A stretch of 64,000 bases of DNA from Eledone cirrhosa (Eukaryota), in the NCBI GenBank assembly GCA_964016885.1, contig OZ024741.1, forward strand, positions 222,642,001 through 222,706,000, read 5' to 3'. The notes under the pieces were generated by a model. The model was given only the letters and a program-made list of their open reading frames with translations. It did no database searches and had not been told where the DNA came from. Positions within the stretch are counted from its first letter, which is position 1; every line of letters begins with the position of its first letter. Positions 1 to 15,000 of the stretch are shown in pieces. The position numbers and the translations under genes were made by a program.

Positions 1-3000
1 GGTATTATTGGTGGTATTATTGGTGGTATTATTGGTGGTATTATTGGTGGTATTATTGGTGGTATTGTTGGTAGTATTATTGGTGGTATGGGTGGTGGTA
101 TTATTGTTGGTATTATTGGCGGTATTATTGGTGGTATTATTGGTGGTATTATTGGTGGTGTTATTGGTGGTATTATTGGTGGTATTATTGGTGGTATTGT
201 TGGTGGTATTATTGTTGGTATTATTGGTGGTATTATTGGTGGTATTGTTGGTGGTATTGTTGGTGGTATTATTGGTGGTATTATTGGTGGTATTATTAGT
301 GGTATTATTGTTGGTATTATTGGTGGTAATATTGGCGGTATTATTGGTGGTAATATTGGTGGTATTATTGGTGGTATTATTGGTGGTATTGTTGGTGGTA
401 TTATTGTTGGTATTATTGGTGGTATTGTTGGTGGTATTATTGGTGGTATTATTGGTGGTATTGTTGGTGGTATTATTGGTGGTATTATTGGTGATATTAT
501 TGGTGGTATTATTGGTGGTATTATAGGTGGTATTATTGGTGGTAATATTGGTGGTAATATTGGTGGTATTATTGGTGGTATTATTGGCGGTATTATTGGT
601 GGTATTATTGGTGGTATTATTGGTGGTATTGTTGGTGGTATTATTGGTGGTGGTATTGTTGGCGGTATTATTGGTGGTAATATTGGTGGTATTATTGTTG
701 GTGGTATTGTTGGTGGTATTATTGGTGGTATTATTGGTGGTTTTATTAGTGGTATTATTGTTGGTATTATTGGTGGTAATATTGGCGGTATTATTGGTGG
801 TATTATTGGTGGTATTGTTGGTGGTATTATTGGTGGTATTATTGGTGGTATTGCTGGTGGTATAATTGGTGGTATTGTTGTTGGTATTATTGGTGGTAAT
901 ATTGGTGGTATTATTGGTGGTATTGTTGGTGGTATTATTGGTGGTATTATTGGTGGTATTGCTGGTGGTATAATTGGTGGTATTATTGGTGGTATTGTTG
1001 GTGGTATTATTGGTGGTATTGTTGTTGGTATTATTGGTGGTAATATTGGTGGTATTATTGGTGGTATTTTTGTTGGTATTATTGGTGGTATTATTGGTGG
1101 TAATATTGGTGGTATTATTGGTGGTACTGTTGTTGGAATTATTGGTGGTATTATTGGTGGTAATATTGGTCGTATGGGTGGTGGTATTATTGTTGGTATT
1201 ATTGGTGGTATTATTGGTGGTAATATTGGTGGTAATATTGGTGGTGTTATTGGTGGTATTATTGGTGGTATCATTGGTGGTATTATTGGTAATATTATTG
1301 GTGGTAATATTGGTGGTATTATTGGTGGTAATATTGGTGGTATTATTGGTGGTATTATTGGTGGTATTATTGGTGGTAATATTGGTGGTAATATTGGTGG
1401 TATTATTTGTGGTATTATTGGTGATATTATTGGTGGTAATATTGGTGGTAATATTGGTGGTATTATTGGTTTGTATTATTGGTGGTAATATTGGTGGTAT
1501 TATTGGTGGTAATATTGGTGGTATTATGGTGGTATTATTGGTGATATTATTGGTGGTATTGTTGGTGGTAATATTGATGGTATTATTGGTTTGTATTATT
1601 GGTGGTAATATTGGTGGTATTATTGGTGGTAATATTGGTGGTATTATGGTGGTATTATTGGTGATATTATTGGTGGTATTGTTGGTGGTGTTGTTGGTGG
1701 TATTGTTGGTGGTATTATTGGTGGTATTATTGGTGGTATTATTGGTGGTATTATTGGTGGTATTATTGGTAGTATTATTGGTGGTATTATTGTTGGTATT
1801 GTTGGTGGTATTATTGGTGGTATTGTTGTTGGTAATATTGGTGGTATTATTGGTGGTATTATTGTTGGTATTATTGGTGGTAATATTGGTGGTATTATTG
1901 CTGGCATTACTGGTGGTAATATTGGTGGTATTATTGGTGGTATTATTGGTGGTATTATTGGTGGTATTATTGGTGGTATTGTTGGTGGTATTATTGGTGG
2001 TATTATTGGTGGTATTGTTGGTGGTATTATTGGTAGTATTGTTGTTGGTATTATTGGTGGTAATATTGGCGGTATTATTGGTGGTAATATTGGTGGTATT
2101 ATTGGTGTTATTATTGTTGGTATTATTGGTAGTATTATTGGTGGTAATATTGGTGGTATTATTGGTGGTATTATTGGTGGTAATATTGGTGGTATTATTG
2201 TTGGTATTATTGGTGGTATTGTTAGTGGTATTATTAGTGGTAATATTGGTGGTATTATTGGTGGTATTATTGGTGGTATTATTGGTGGTATTATTGGTGG
2301 TATTATTGGTGGTATTGTTGGTAGTATTATTGGTGGTATGGGTGGTGGTATTATTGTTGGTATTATTGGCGGTATTATTGGTGGTATTATTGGTGGTATT
2401 ATTGGTGGTGTTATTGGTGGTATTATTGGTGGTATTATTGGTGGTATTGTTGGTGGTATTATTGTTGGTATTATTGGTGGTATTATTGGTGGTATTGTTG
2501 GTGGTATTGTTGGTGGTATTATTGGTGGTATTATTGGTGGTATTATTAGTGGTATTATTGTTGGTATTATTGGTGGTAATATTGGCGGTATTATTGGTGG
2601 TAATATTGGTGGTATTATTGGTGGTATTATTGGTGGTATTGTTGGTGGTATTATTGTTGGTATTATTGGTGGTATTGTTGGTGGTATTATTGGTGGTATT
2701 ATTGGTGGTATTGTTGGTGGTATTATTGGTGGTATTATTGGTGGTATTATTGGTGGTATTTTTGTTGGTATTATTTGTGGTATTATTGGTGGTATTATTG
2801 GTGGTAATATTGGTGGTATTATTGATGGTATTTTTGTTGGTATTATTTGTGGTATTATTGGTGGTATTGTTGGTGGTATTATTGGTGGTATTATTGGTGG
2901 TAATATTGGTGGTATTATTGTTGGTATTATTGGTGGTATTATTGTTGGTAATATTGGTGGTATTATGGTGGTATTATTGGTGGTAATATTGGTGGTATTA

Positions 3001-6000
3001 TCGGTGGTATTATTGGTGTTATTATTGGGGGTATTATTGGTGGTAATATTGGTGGTAATATTGGTGGTAATATTGGTGGTATTATTGGTGGTATTATTGG
3101 TGGTATTATTGGTGGTAATATTGGTGGTAATATTGGTGGTATTATTGGTGGTATTATTGGTGGTATTATTGGTGTTAATATTGGTGGTAATATTGGTGGT
3201 ATTATTGGTGGTATTATTGGTGGTAATATTGGTGGTATTATTGGTTGTAATATTGGTGGTATTATTGGTGGTAATATTGGTGGTATTATGGTGGTATTAT
3301 TGGTGATATTATTGGTGGTATTATTGGTGGCATTATTGGTGGTAATATTGGTGGTATTATTGGTGGCATTATTGGTGGTAATATTGGTGGTATTATTGGT
3401 GGCATTATTGGTTGTAATATTGGTGGTATTATTGGTGGTAATATTGGTAGTATTATTGGTGGTATTATTGGTGGTATTGTTGGTGGTATTATTGGTGGTA
3501 TTATTGGTGGTATTGCTGGTGGTATAATTGGTGGTATTATTGGTGGTATTATTGGTGGTAGTATTGTTGTTGGTATTGTTGGGGGTATTATTGGTGGTAT
3601 TATTGTTGGTATTATTGGTGGTATTGTTAGTGGTATTATTGGTGGTAATATTGGTGGTATTATTGGTGGTATTATTGGTGGTATTATTGGTGGTATTATT
3701 GGTGGTATTATTGGTGGTATTGTTGGTAGTATTATTGGTGGTATGGGTGGTGGTATTATTGGTGGTAATATTGTTGGTATTATTGGTGGTATTATTGGTG
3801 GTAATATTGGTGGTATTATTGGTGGTATTATTGGTGGTATTATTGGTGGTATTATTGGTGGTATTATTGGTGGTAATATTGGTGGTATTATTGGTGGTAT
3901 TATTGGTGGTATTATTGGTGGTATTATTGGTGGTAATATTGGTGGTATTATTGGTGGTATTAATGGTGGTAATATTGGTGGTATTATTGGTGGTATTATT
4001 GGTGGTATTGTTAGTGGTATTATTAGTGGTAATATTGGTGGTATTATTGGTGGTATTATTGGTGGTATTATTGGTAGTATTATTGGTGATATTATTGTTG
4101 GGGGTATTGTTGGTGGTATTATTGGTGGTAATATTGGTGATATTATTGGTGGTAATATTGGTGGTATTATTGGTGGTAATATTGGTGGTATTATTGGTGG
4201 TATTATTGGTGGTAATATTGGTGGTATTATTGGTGGTAATATTGGTGGTATTATTGGTGGTATTATTGGTGGTAATATTGGTGGTATTATTGGTGGTAAT
4301 ATTGGTGGTATTATTGGTGGTATTATTGATGGTAATATTGGTGGTATTATTGGTGGTATTATTGGTGGTATTGATAGTGGTATTATTGGTGGTAATATTG
4401 GTGGTATTATTGGTGGTATTATTGGTGGTATTATTGGTGGTATTATTGGTGGTATTATTGGTTGTATTGTTAGTGGTATTATTGGTGGTAATACTGGTGG
4501 TATTATTGGTGGTATTATTGGTGGTATTATTGGTGGTATTATTGGTGGTATTATTGGTGGTATTATTGGTGGTATTATTGTTGGGGGTATTGTTGGTGGT
4601 ATTATTGGTGGTATTATTGGTGATATTATTGTTGGGGGTATTGTTGGTGGTATTATTGGTGGTATTATTGGTGGTATTATTGGTAGTATTATTGGTGGCA
4701 ATATTGGTGGTATTATCGGTGGTAATATTGGTGGTATTATTGCTGGTAATATTGGTGGTATTAGTGGTGGTAATATTGGTGGTATTATTGGTGGTATTAT
4801 TGGTGGTAATATTGGTGGTGTTATTGGTGGTATTATTGGTGGTATTATTGGTGGTATTGTTGGTGGTATTATTGTTGGTATTATTGGTGGTATTATTGGT
4901 GGTATTGTTGGTGATATTATTGGTGGTATTATTGGTGGTAATATTGGTGGTAATATTGGTGGTATTATTGGTGGTAATATAGGTGGTAATATTGGTGGTA
5001 TTGTTGGTGGTATTATTGGTGGTATCATTGGTGGTATTATTGGTGGTATTATTGGTGGTATTGTTGGTGGTATTATTGGTGGTATTATTGGTGGTATTAT
5101 TGGTGGTATTATTGGTGGTATTATTGTTGGTGGTAATATTGGTGGTATTATTGGTGGTATTATTGGTGATATTATTGGTGGTATTATTGGTGGTATTATT
5201 GGTGGTATTATTGGTGATATTATTGGTGGTATTATTGGTGGTATTATAGGTGGTATTATTGGTGGTAATATTGGTGGTAATATTGGTGGTATTATTGGTG
5301 GTATTATTGGTGGTATTATTGGTGGTATTATAGGTGGTATTATTGGTGGTAATATTGGTGGTATTATTGGTGGTATTATTGGTGATATTATTGGTGGTAT
5401 TATTGGTGGTATTATTGGTGGTATTATTGGTGGTAATATTGGTGGTAATATTGGTGGTATTATTGGTGGTATTATTGGTGGTATTATTGGTGGTATTATT
5501 GGTGATATTATTGGTGGTATTATTGGTGGTATTATTGTTGGTAATATTGGTGGTATTATTGGTGGTAATATTGGTGGTATTGTTGGTGGTATTGTTGGTG
5601 GTATTATTGGTGGTATTATTGGTGGTATTATTAGTGGTATTATTGTTGGTATTATTGGTGGTAATATTGGCGGTATTATTCATGGTAATATTGGTGGTAT
5701 TATTGGTGGTATTATTGGTGGTATTGTTGGTGGTATTATTTGTGGTATTATTCGTGGTATTGTTGGTGGTATTATTGGTGGTATTGTTGTTGGTATCATT
5801 GGTGGTAATATTGGTGGTATTATTGATGGTATTTTTGTTGGTATTATTGGTGGTATTATTGGTGGTATTGTTGTTGGTATTATTGGTGGTATTATTGGTG
5901 GTAATATTGGTGGTATGGGTGGTGGTATTATTGGTGGTATTATTGGTGGTATTATTGGTGGTATTATTGTTGGTATTATTGGTGGTATTATTGGTGGTAA

Positions 6001-9000
6001 TATTGGTGGTATCATTGGTGGTATTATTGGTGGTATTATTGTTGGGGGTATTATTGGTGGTATTATTGGTGGTAATATTTGTGGTATTATTGGTGGTATT
6101 ATTGGTGGTATTATTGGTGGTATTATTGGTGGTAATATTGGTGGTATTATTGGTGGTATTGTTAGTGGTATTATTAGTGGTAATATTGGTGGTATTATTG
6201 GTGGTATTATTGGTGGTATTATTGGTGATATTATTGTTGGGGGTATTATTGGTGGTACTATTGGTGGTATTATTGGTGGTATTATTGGTGGTAATATTGG
6301 TGGTATTATTGTTGGTAATATTGGTGGTATTATGGTGGTATTATTGGTGGTAATATTGGTGGTATTATCGGTGGTATTATTGGTGGTATTATTGGTGTTA
6401 TTATTGGGGGTATTATTGGTGTTATTATTGGGGGTATTATTGGTGGTAATATTGGTGGTAATATTGGTGGTAATATTGGTGGTATTATTGGTGGTATTAT
6501 TGGTGGTATTATTGGTGGTAATATTGGTGGTATTATTGGTGGTATTATTGGTGGTATTATTGGTGGTATTATTGGTGTTAATATTGGTGGTAATATTGGT
6601 GGTATTATTGGTGGTATTATTGGTGGTATTATTGGTGGTAATATTGGTGGTAATATTGGTGGTGTTATTGGTGGTATTATTGGTGGTATTATTGGTGGTA
6701 ATATTGGTGGTATTATTGGTGGTAATATTGGTGGTATTATTGCTGGTATTATTGGTGGCATTATTGGTGGTATTATTGGTGGCATTATTGGTGGTAATAT
6801 TGGTGGTATTATTGGTGGCATTATTGGTGGTAATATTGGTGGTATTATTGGTGGTATTGTTGGTGGTATTATTGGTGGTATTATTTGTGGTATTGCTGGT
6901 GGTATAATTGGTGGTATTATTGGTGGTATTATTGGTGGTAGTATTATTGGTGGTATTGTTGTTGGTAATATTGGTGGTATTATTGGTGGTATTATTGTTG
7001 GTATTATTGGTAGTATTATTGGTGGTATTGTTGTTGGTAATATTGGTGTTATTATTGGTGGTATTATTGGTGGTATTATTGGTGGTAATATTGGTGGTAT
7101 TATTGGTGGTATTGTTAGTGGTATTATTAGTGGTAATATTGGTGGTATTATTGGTGGTATTATTGGTGGTATTATTGGTGGTATTATTGGTGGTATTATT
7201 GGTGGTATTGTTGGTGGTATTATTGGTGGTATTATTGGTGGTATTATTGGTGGTAATATTGGTGGTATTATTGGTTGTAATATTGGTGGTATTATTGGTG
7301 GTATTATTGGTGGTAATATTGGTGGTATTATTGGTGGTAATATTGGTGGTATTATTGGTGGTATTATTGGTGGTATTATTGGTGGTAATATTGGTGGTAT
7401 TATTGGTTGTAATATTGGTGGTATTATTGGTGGTATTATTGGTGGTAATATTGGTGGTATTATTGGTGGTAATATTGGTGGTATTATTGGTGGTATTATT
7501 GATGGTAATATTGGTGGTATTATTGGTGGTATTATTGGTGGTATTGATAGTGGTATTATTGGTGGTAATATTGGTGGTATTATTGGTGGTATTATTGGTG
7601 GTATTATTGGTGGTATTATTGGTGGTATTATTGGTGGTAATATTGGTGGTATTATTGGTTGTATTGTTAGTGGTATTATTGGTGGTAATACTGGTGGTAT
7701 TATTGGTGGTATTATTGGTGGTATTATTGGTGGTATTATTGGTGGTATTATTGGTGGTATTATTGGTGGTATTATTGTTGGGGGTATTGTTGCTGGTATT
7801 ATTGGTGGTATTATTGGTGATATTATTGTTGGGGGTATTGTTGGTGGTATTATTGGTGGTATTATTGGTGGTATTATTGGTAGTATTATTGGTGGCAATA
7901 TTGGTGGTATTATCGGTGGTAATATTGGTGGTATTATTGGTGGTAATATTGGTGGTATTATTGGTGGTATTGTTGGTGGTATTATTGGTGGTATTATTGG
8001 TGGTAATATTGGTGTTATTATTGGTGGTATTATTGGTGGTAATATTGGTGGTATTATTGGTGGTATTATTGGTGGTATTGTTAGTGGTATTATTAGTGGT
8101 AATATTGGTGGTATTATTGGTGGTATTATTGGTGGTATTATTGGTAGTATTATTGGTGATATTATTGTTGGGGGTATTGTTGGTCGTATTATTGGTGGTA
8201 ATATTGGTGATATTATTGGTGGTATTATTGGTGGTATTATTGGTGGTAATATTGGTGGTATTATTGGTTGTAATATTGGTGGTATTGTTGGTGGTATTAT
8301 TGATGGTAATATTGGTGGTATTATTGGTGGTATTATTGGTGGTATTGATAGTGGTATTATTGGTGGTATGGGTGGTGGTATTATTGTTGGTATTATTGGT
8401 GTTATTATTGGTGGCATTATTGGTGGTATTATTGGTGGTAATATTGGTGGTATTATTGGTGGTAATATTGGTGGTATTATTGGTGGTAATATTGGTGGTA
8501 TTATTGGTGGTAATATTGGTGGTATTATTGGTGGTATTATTGGTGGTAATATTGGTGGTTTTATTGGTGGTATTATTGGTGGTAATATTGGTGGTATTAT
8601 TGGTGGTAATATTGGTGGTATTATTGGTGGTATTATTGGTGGTAATATTGGTGGTATTATTGGTGTTATTATTGGTGGTATTATTGATGGTATTATTGGT
8701 GGTATTGTTGGTGGTATTATTGGTGGTATTATTGGTGGTATTATTGATGGTATTATTGGTGGTATTGTTGGTGGTATTATTGGTGGTATTATTGGTGGTA
8801 TTATTGATGGTATTATTGGTGGTATTGTTGGTGGTATTATTGGTGGTATTATTGGTGCTATAGTTGTTGGTGTTATTGGTGGTATTATTGGTGGTATTAT
8901 TGGTGGTATGGGTGGTGGTATTATTGTTGGTATTATTGGTGGAATTATTGGTGGTATTATTGTTGGTATTATTGGTGGTATTATTGGTGTTATTATTGGT

Positions 9001-12000
9001 GGTATTATTGGTGATATTATTGGTGGTATTATTGGTGGTAATATTGGCGGTATTATTGGTGGTAATGTTGGTGGTATTATTGTTGGTGGTATTGTTGGTG
9101 GTATTATTGGTGGTATTATTGGTGGTATTATTGGTGATATTGTTGGTGGTATTATTGGTGGTATTATTGGTGGTATTGTTGTTGCTAATATTGGTGGTAA
9201 TATTGTTGGTATTATTGGTGGTATTATTGGCGGTAGTATTGGTGGTATTATTGGTTGTATTATTGGTGGTAATATTGGTGGTATTATTGGTGGTAATATT
9301 GGTGGTATTATTGGTGGTATTATTGGTGGTAATATTGGTGGTAATATTGGTGGTAATATTGGTGGTATTATTGGTGGTAATATTGGTGGTAATATTGGTG
9401 GTATTATTGGTGGTATTATTGATGGTATTATGGTGGTAATATTGGTGGTATTATTGGTGGTATTGTTGTTGGTATTATTGGTGGTATTATTAGTGCTAAT
9501 ATTGGTGGTAATACTGGTGGTATTATTCGTGGTATTAATGGTGGTAATATTGGTGGTAATATTGGTGGTATTATTGGTGGTATTAATGGTGGTATCATTG
9601 GTGGTATTATTGGTGGTATTATTGGTGGTATTGTTGGTGGTATTATTGGTGGTATTGTTGGTGATATTATTGGTGTTATTATTGGTGGTATTGTTGTTGG
9701 TATTATTGGTGGTATTATTGGTGGTATGGGTGGTGGTATTATTGTTGGTATTATTGGTGGTATTATTGGTGGTATTATTGGTGGTATGGGTGGTGGTATT
9801 ATTGTTGGTATTATTGGTGGTATTATTGGTGGTATTATTGTTGGTGGTATTGTTGGTGGTATTATTGGTGGTATTATTGGTGGTAATGTTGGTGGTATTA
9901 TTGTTGGTGGTATTGTTGGTGGTATTATTGGTGGTATTATTGGTGGTATTATTGGTGGTATTATTGTTGATATTTTTGGTGGTATTATTGGTGGTATTAT
10001 TGGTGGTATTATTGTGGTAATATTGGTGGTATTATTGGTGGTATTATTGGTGATATTGTTGGTGGTATTATTGGTGGTATTATTGGTGGTATTATTGCTG
10101 TTATTATTGGTGTTATTATTGGTGGTATTGTTGTTGGTATTATTGGTGGTATTATTGGTGGTATTATTGTTGGTATTATTGGTGGTATTATTGTTGGTGG
10201 TATTGTTGGTGGTATTATTGGTGGTATTATTGGTGGTATTATTGGTGGCATTATTGGTGGTATTATTGGTGGTATTATTGGTGGTATTGTTGGTGGTATT
10301 ATTGGTGGTAATATTGGTGGTATTATTGGTGGTATTATTGGTGGTATTGTTGTTGGTATTATTGGTGGTATTATTGGTGGTAATATTGGTGGTATTATTG
10401 GTGGTATTATTGGTGGTATTATTGGTGGTATTATTAGTAGTATTATTGGTAGAATTATTGGTGGTAATATTGCTGGGATTATTGGTGGTATTATTGCTGG
10501 TATTATTGCTGGTATTATTGGTGGTATTATTCGTGGTATTATTGGTGGTATTATTGCTGGTATTATTGGTGGCAATATTGGAGATATGATTGGTGGTATT
10601 ATTGGTGGTATTATTGGTGGTATTATTGGTGGTATTATTGGTGGTATTGTTAGTAGTATTATTGGTGGTATTATTGGTGGCAATATTGGAGATATTATTG
10701 GTGGTATTATTGGTGGTATTAATGGTGGTATTATTGGTGGTATTATCGAAGGTATTATTAGTAATATTATTGGTAGGATTATTGGTTGTATTATTGGTTG
10801 TAATATTGGTGGTAATATTAGTGGTATTATTGGTGGTATTGTTGGTGGTATTATTCTTGGTATTATTGGTGGAAATATTGGTGGTATTATTGTTGGTATT
10901 ATTGGTGGTATTATTGTTAGTATTATTGGTGGTATTATTGATGGTATTGTTGGTGGTATTATTGGTGGTATGGTTGGTGGTGTCATTGATGGTATTATTG
11001 GTGGTATTATTGGTGGTATTGTTAGTGGTATTATTTGTCTTAATATTGGTGGTATTATTGGTGGTATTGTTGGTGGTAATATTGGTGGTATTATTAGTGG
11101 TAATATTGGTGGTATTATTGGTGGTATTATTGTTGGTATTAATGGTGGTAATATTGGTGGTATTATTGGTGGTATTATTGGTGGTATTATTGGTGGTATT
11201 ATTGGTGGTATTATTGGTGGTATTATTGGTGGTATTATTAGTAGTATTATTGGTAGGATTATTGGTGGTAATATTGCTGGGATTATTGGTGGTAATATGG
11301 GTGGTAATATTGGTGGTATTATTGGTGGTATTATTGGTGGTATTATTGGTGGTATTATTGGTGGTATTGTTGTTGGTATTATTGGTGGTATTATTGGTGG
11401 TTTTATTGGTGGTAAGGGTGGTGGTATTATTGTTGGTATTATTGTTGGTGGTATTGTTGGTGGTATTATTGGTGGTATTATTGGTGGTATTATTGGTGAT
11501 ATTATTGGTGGTATTATTGGTGGTATTATTGGTGGTAATATTGGTGGTATTATTGGTGCTATTATTGGTGGTATTGTTGGTGGTATTATTGGTGGTAATA
11601 TTGGTGGTAATATTGGTGGTATTATTGGTGGTATTATTCTTGGTATTATTGGTGGTAATATTGGTGGTATTATTGTTTGTATTATTGGTGGTATTATTGT
11701 TAGTATTATTGGTGGTAGTATTGGTGGTATTGTTGTTGGTGGTATTATTGGTGGTATTATTGGTGGTATTATTGGTGGTATTATTGGTGGTATTATTGGT
11801 GGTATTATTGGTGGTATTGTTGGTGGTATTATTGGTGGTAATATTGGTGGTATTATTGGTGGGATTGTTGGTGGTATTGTTGGTGGTATTGTTGGTGGTA
11901 TTATTGGTGGTATTATTGGTGGTATTATTGGTGGTATTATTGGTGGTATTATTGGTGGTATTATTGGTGGTATTGTTGGTGGTATTATTGGTGGTAATAT

Positions 12001-15000
12001 TGGTGGTATTATTGGTGGGATTGTTGGTGGTATTGTTGGTGGTATTGTTGGTGGTATTATTGGTAGTATTATTGGTGGTATTATTGGTGGTATTATTGGT
12101 GGTAATGTTGGTGGTATTATTGTTGGTGGTAATATTGGTGGTATTATTGGTGGTATTATTGGTGGTATTATTGTTGATATTTTTGGTGGTAATATTGGCG
12201 GTATAATTGGTGATAATATTGGTGGTATTATTGGTGGTATTATTGGTGGTATTATTGGTGGTAATATTGGCGGTGTTATTGGTGGTAATATTGGTGGTAT
12301 TATTGTTGGTGGTATTGTTGGTGGTATTATTGGTGGTATTATCGGTGGTAATATTGGTGCTATTATTGGTGGTATTATTGGTGGTAATATTGATGGTATT
12401 ATTGGTGGTATTGTTGTTGGTATTATTGGTGGTATTATTGGTGGTATTATTGGTGGTATTATTGGTGGTATTATTGTTGGTGGTATTGTTGGTGGTATTA
12501 TTGGTGGTATTATTGGTGGTATTATTGGTGGTATTATTGGTGGTGTTGTTAGTGGTATTATTGGTGGTAATATTGGTGGTATTATTGGTGGTATTATTGG
12601 TGGTATTGTTGTTGGTATTATTGGTGGTATTATTGGTGGTAATATTGGTGGTATTATTGGTGGTATTATTGGTGGTAATATTGGTGGTATTATTGCTGGT
12701 ATTATTGCTGGTATTATTGGTGGTATTGTTGGTGGCAATATTGGAGATATGATTGGTGGTATTATTGGTGGTATTATTGGTGGTATTATTGGTGGTATTA
12801 TTGGTGGTATTATTGGTGGTATTATTCTTGGTATTATTGGTGGTAATATTGTTAGTATTATTGGTGGTAGTGTTGATGGTATTGTTGGTGGTATTATTGG
12901 TGGTATGGTTGGTGGTGTCATTGATGGTATTATTGGTGGTATTATTGGTGGTATCGTTAGTGGTATTATTGGTCTTAATATTGGTGGTATTATTGGTGGT
13001 ATTGTTGGTGGTAATATTGGTGGTATTATTGGTGGTAATATTGGTGGTATTATTGACGGTATTATTGGTGGTAATATTGGTGGTATTATTGGTGGTATTA
13101 TTGTTGGTATTAATGGTGGTAATATTGGTGGTATTATTGGTGGTATTATTGGTGGTATTATTGGTGGTTGTATTGGTGGTATTGTTAGTTGTATTATTGA
13201 TGGTATTATTGGTGGCAATATTGGAGATATTATTGGTGGTATTAGTGGTGGTATTATTGGTGGTATTATTGGTGGTATTATTGGTGGTATTGTTAGTTGT
13301 ATTATTGATGGTATTATTGGTGGTATTATTGGTGGTATTATTGGTGGTATTATTGGTTGTAATATTGTTGGAATTATTGATGGTATTATTGGTGGTAATA
13401 TTGGTGGTATTATTGTTAGTATTATTGGTGGTAGTATTGGTGGTATTGTTGGTGGTATTATTGGTGGTATGGTTGGTGGTATTATTGTTGGTATTGTTGG
13501 TGGTATTATTGGTGGTAATATTGGTGGTATTATTGGTGGTATTATTGGTGATAATATTGGTGGTATTATTGGTGGTAATATTGGTGGTATTATTGGTGGT
13601 AATATTGGTGGTATTATTGGTGGTATTATTGGTGGTATTGTTGTTGGTATTATTGGTGGTATTATTGGTGGTATTATTGGTGGTATTATTGGTGGTATTA
13701 TTGTTGGTGGTATTATTGGTGGTATTATTGGTGGTATTATTTTGGTATTATTGGTGGTATTATTGGTGGTATTGTTGGTAGTATTATTGGTGGTAATATT
13801 GGTGGTTTGTTGTTGGTATTATTGGTGGTATTATTGGTGGTATTATTGGTGGTATTATTGGTGGTAATATTGGTGGTAATAATGGTGGTAATATTGGTGG
13901 TATTATTGGTGGTATTATTGGTGGTATCATTGGTGGTATTATTGGTGATATTATTGTTGGGGGTATTGTTGGTGGTATTATTGGTGGTATTATTGGTGGT
14001 ATTATTGGTGGTAATATTGGTGGTATTATTGGTGGTAATATTGGTGGTATTATTGGTGGTATTATTGGTGGTAATATTGATGGTATTATTGGTGGTAATA
14101 TTGGTGATATTATGGTGGTATTATTGGTGGTAATATTGGTGGTATTATTGGTGGTATTATTGGTGTTATTATTGGTGGTATTATTGGTGGTAATATTGTT
14201 GGTATTATTGGTGGTATTATTGGTGGTATTATTGGTGGTATTATTCGTGGTAATATTGGTGGTAATATTGGTGGTATTATTGGTGGTATTGTTGGTGATA
14301 TTGTTGGTGGTATTATTGGTGGTATTATTGGTGGTATTGTTGGTGGTATTATTGGTGGTATTGTTGTTGGAATTATTGGTGGTAATATTGGCGGTATTAT
14401 TGGTGGTAATATTGGTGGTATTATTGGTGGTATTATTGGTGTTATTATTGGTGGTATTATTGGTGGCAATATTGGAGATATTATGGGTGGTATTAGTGGT
14501 GGTATTGTTGTTGGTATTGTTGGTGGTATTATTGGTGGTATTATTGGTGGTATTATTGGTGGTATTATTGTTGGGGGTATTGTTGGTGGTATTATTGGTG
14601 GTATTATTGGTGGTATTATTGATGGTATTATTGGTGGTATTATTGGTGGTATTGTTAGTGGTATTATTGGTCTTAATATTGGTGGTATTATTGGTGGTAT
14701 TGTTGGTGGTAATATTAGTGGTATTATTGGTGGTAATATTGGTGGTATTAGTGACGGTATTATTGGTGGTATTATTGGTGGTATTATTGATGGTATTATT
14801 GGTGGTATTATTGGTGGTATTATTGGTGGTGTCATTGATGGTAATATTAGTGGTATTATTGGTGGTAATATTGGTGGTATTAGTGACGGTATTATTGGTG
14901 GTAATATTGGTGGTATTATTGCTGGTATTATTGGTGGTTGTATTGGTGGTATTGTTAGTTGTATTATTGATGGTATTATTGGTGGCAATATTGGAGATAT

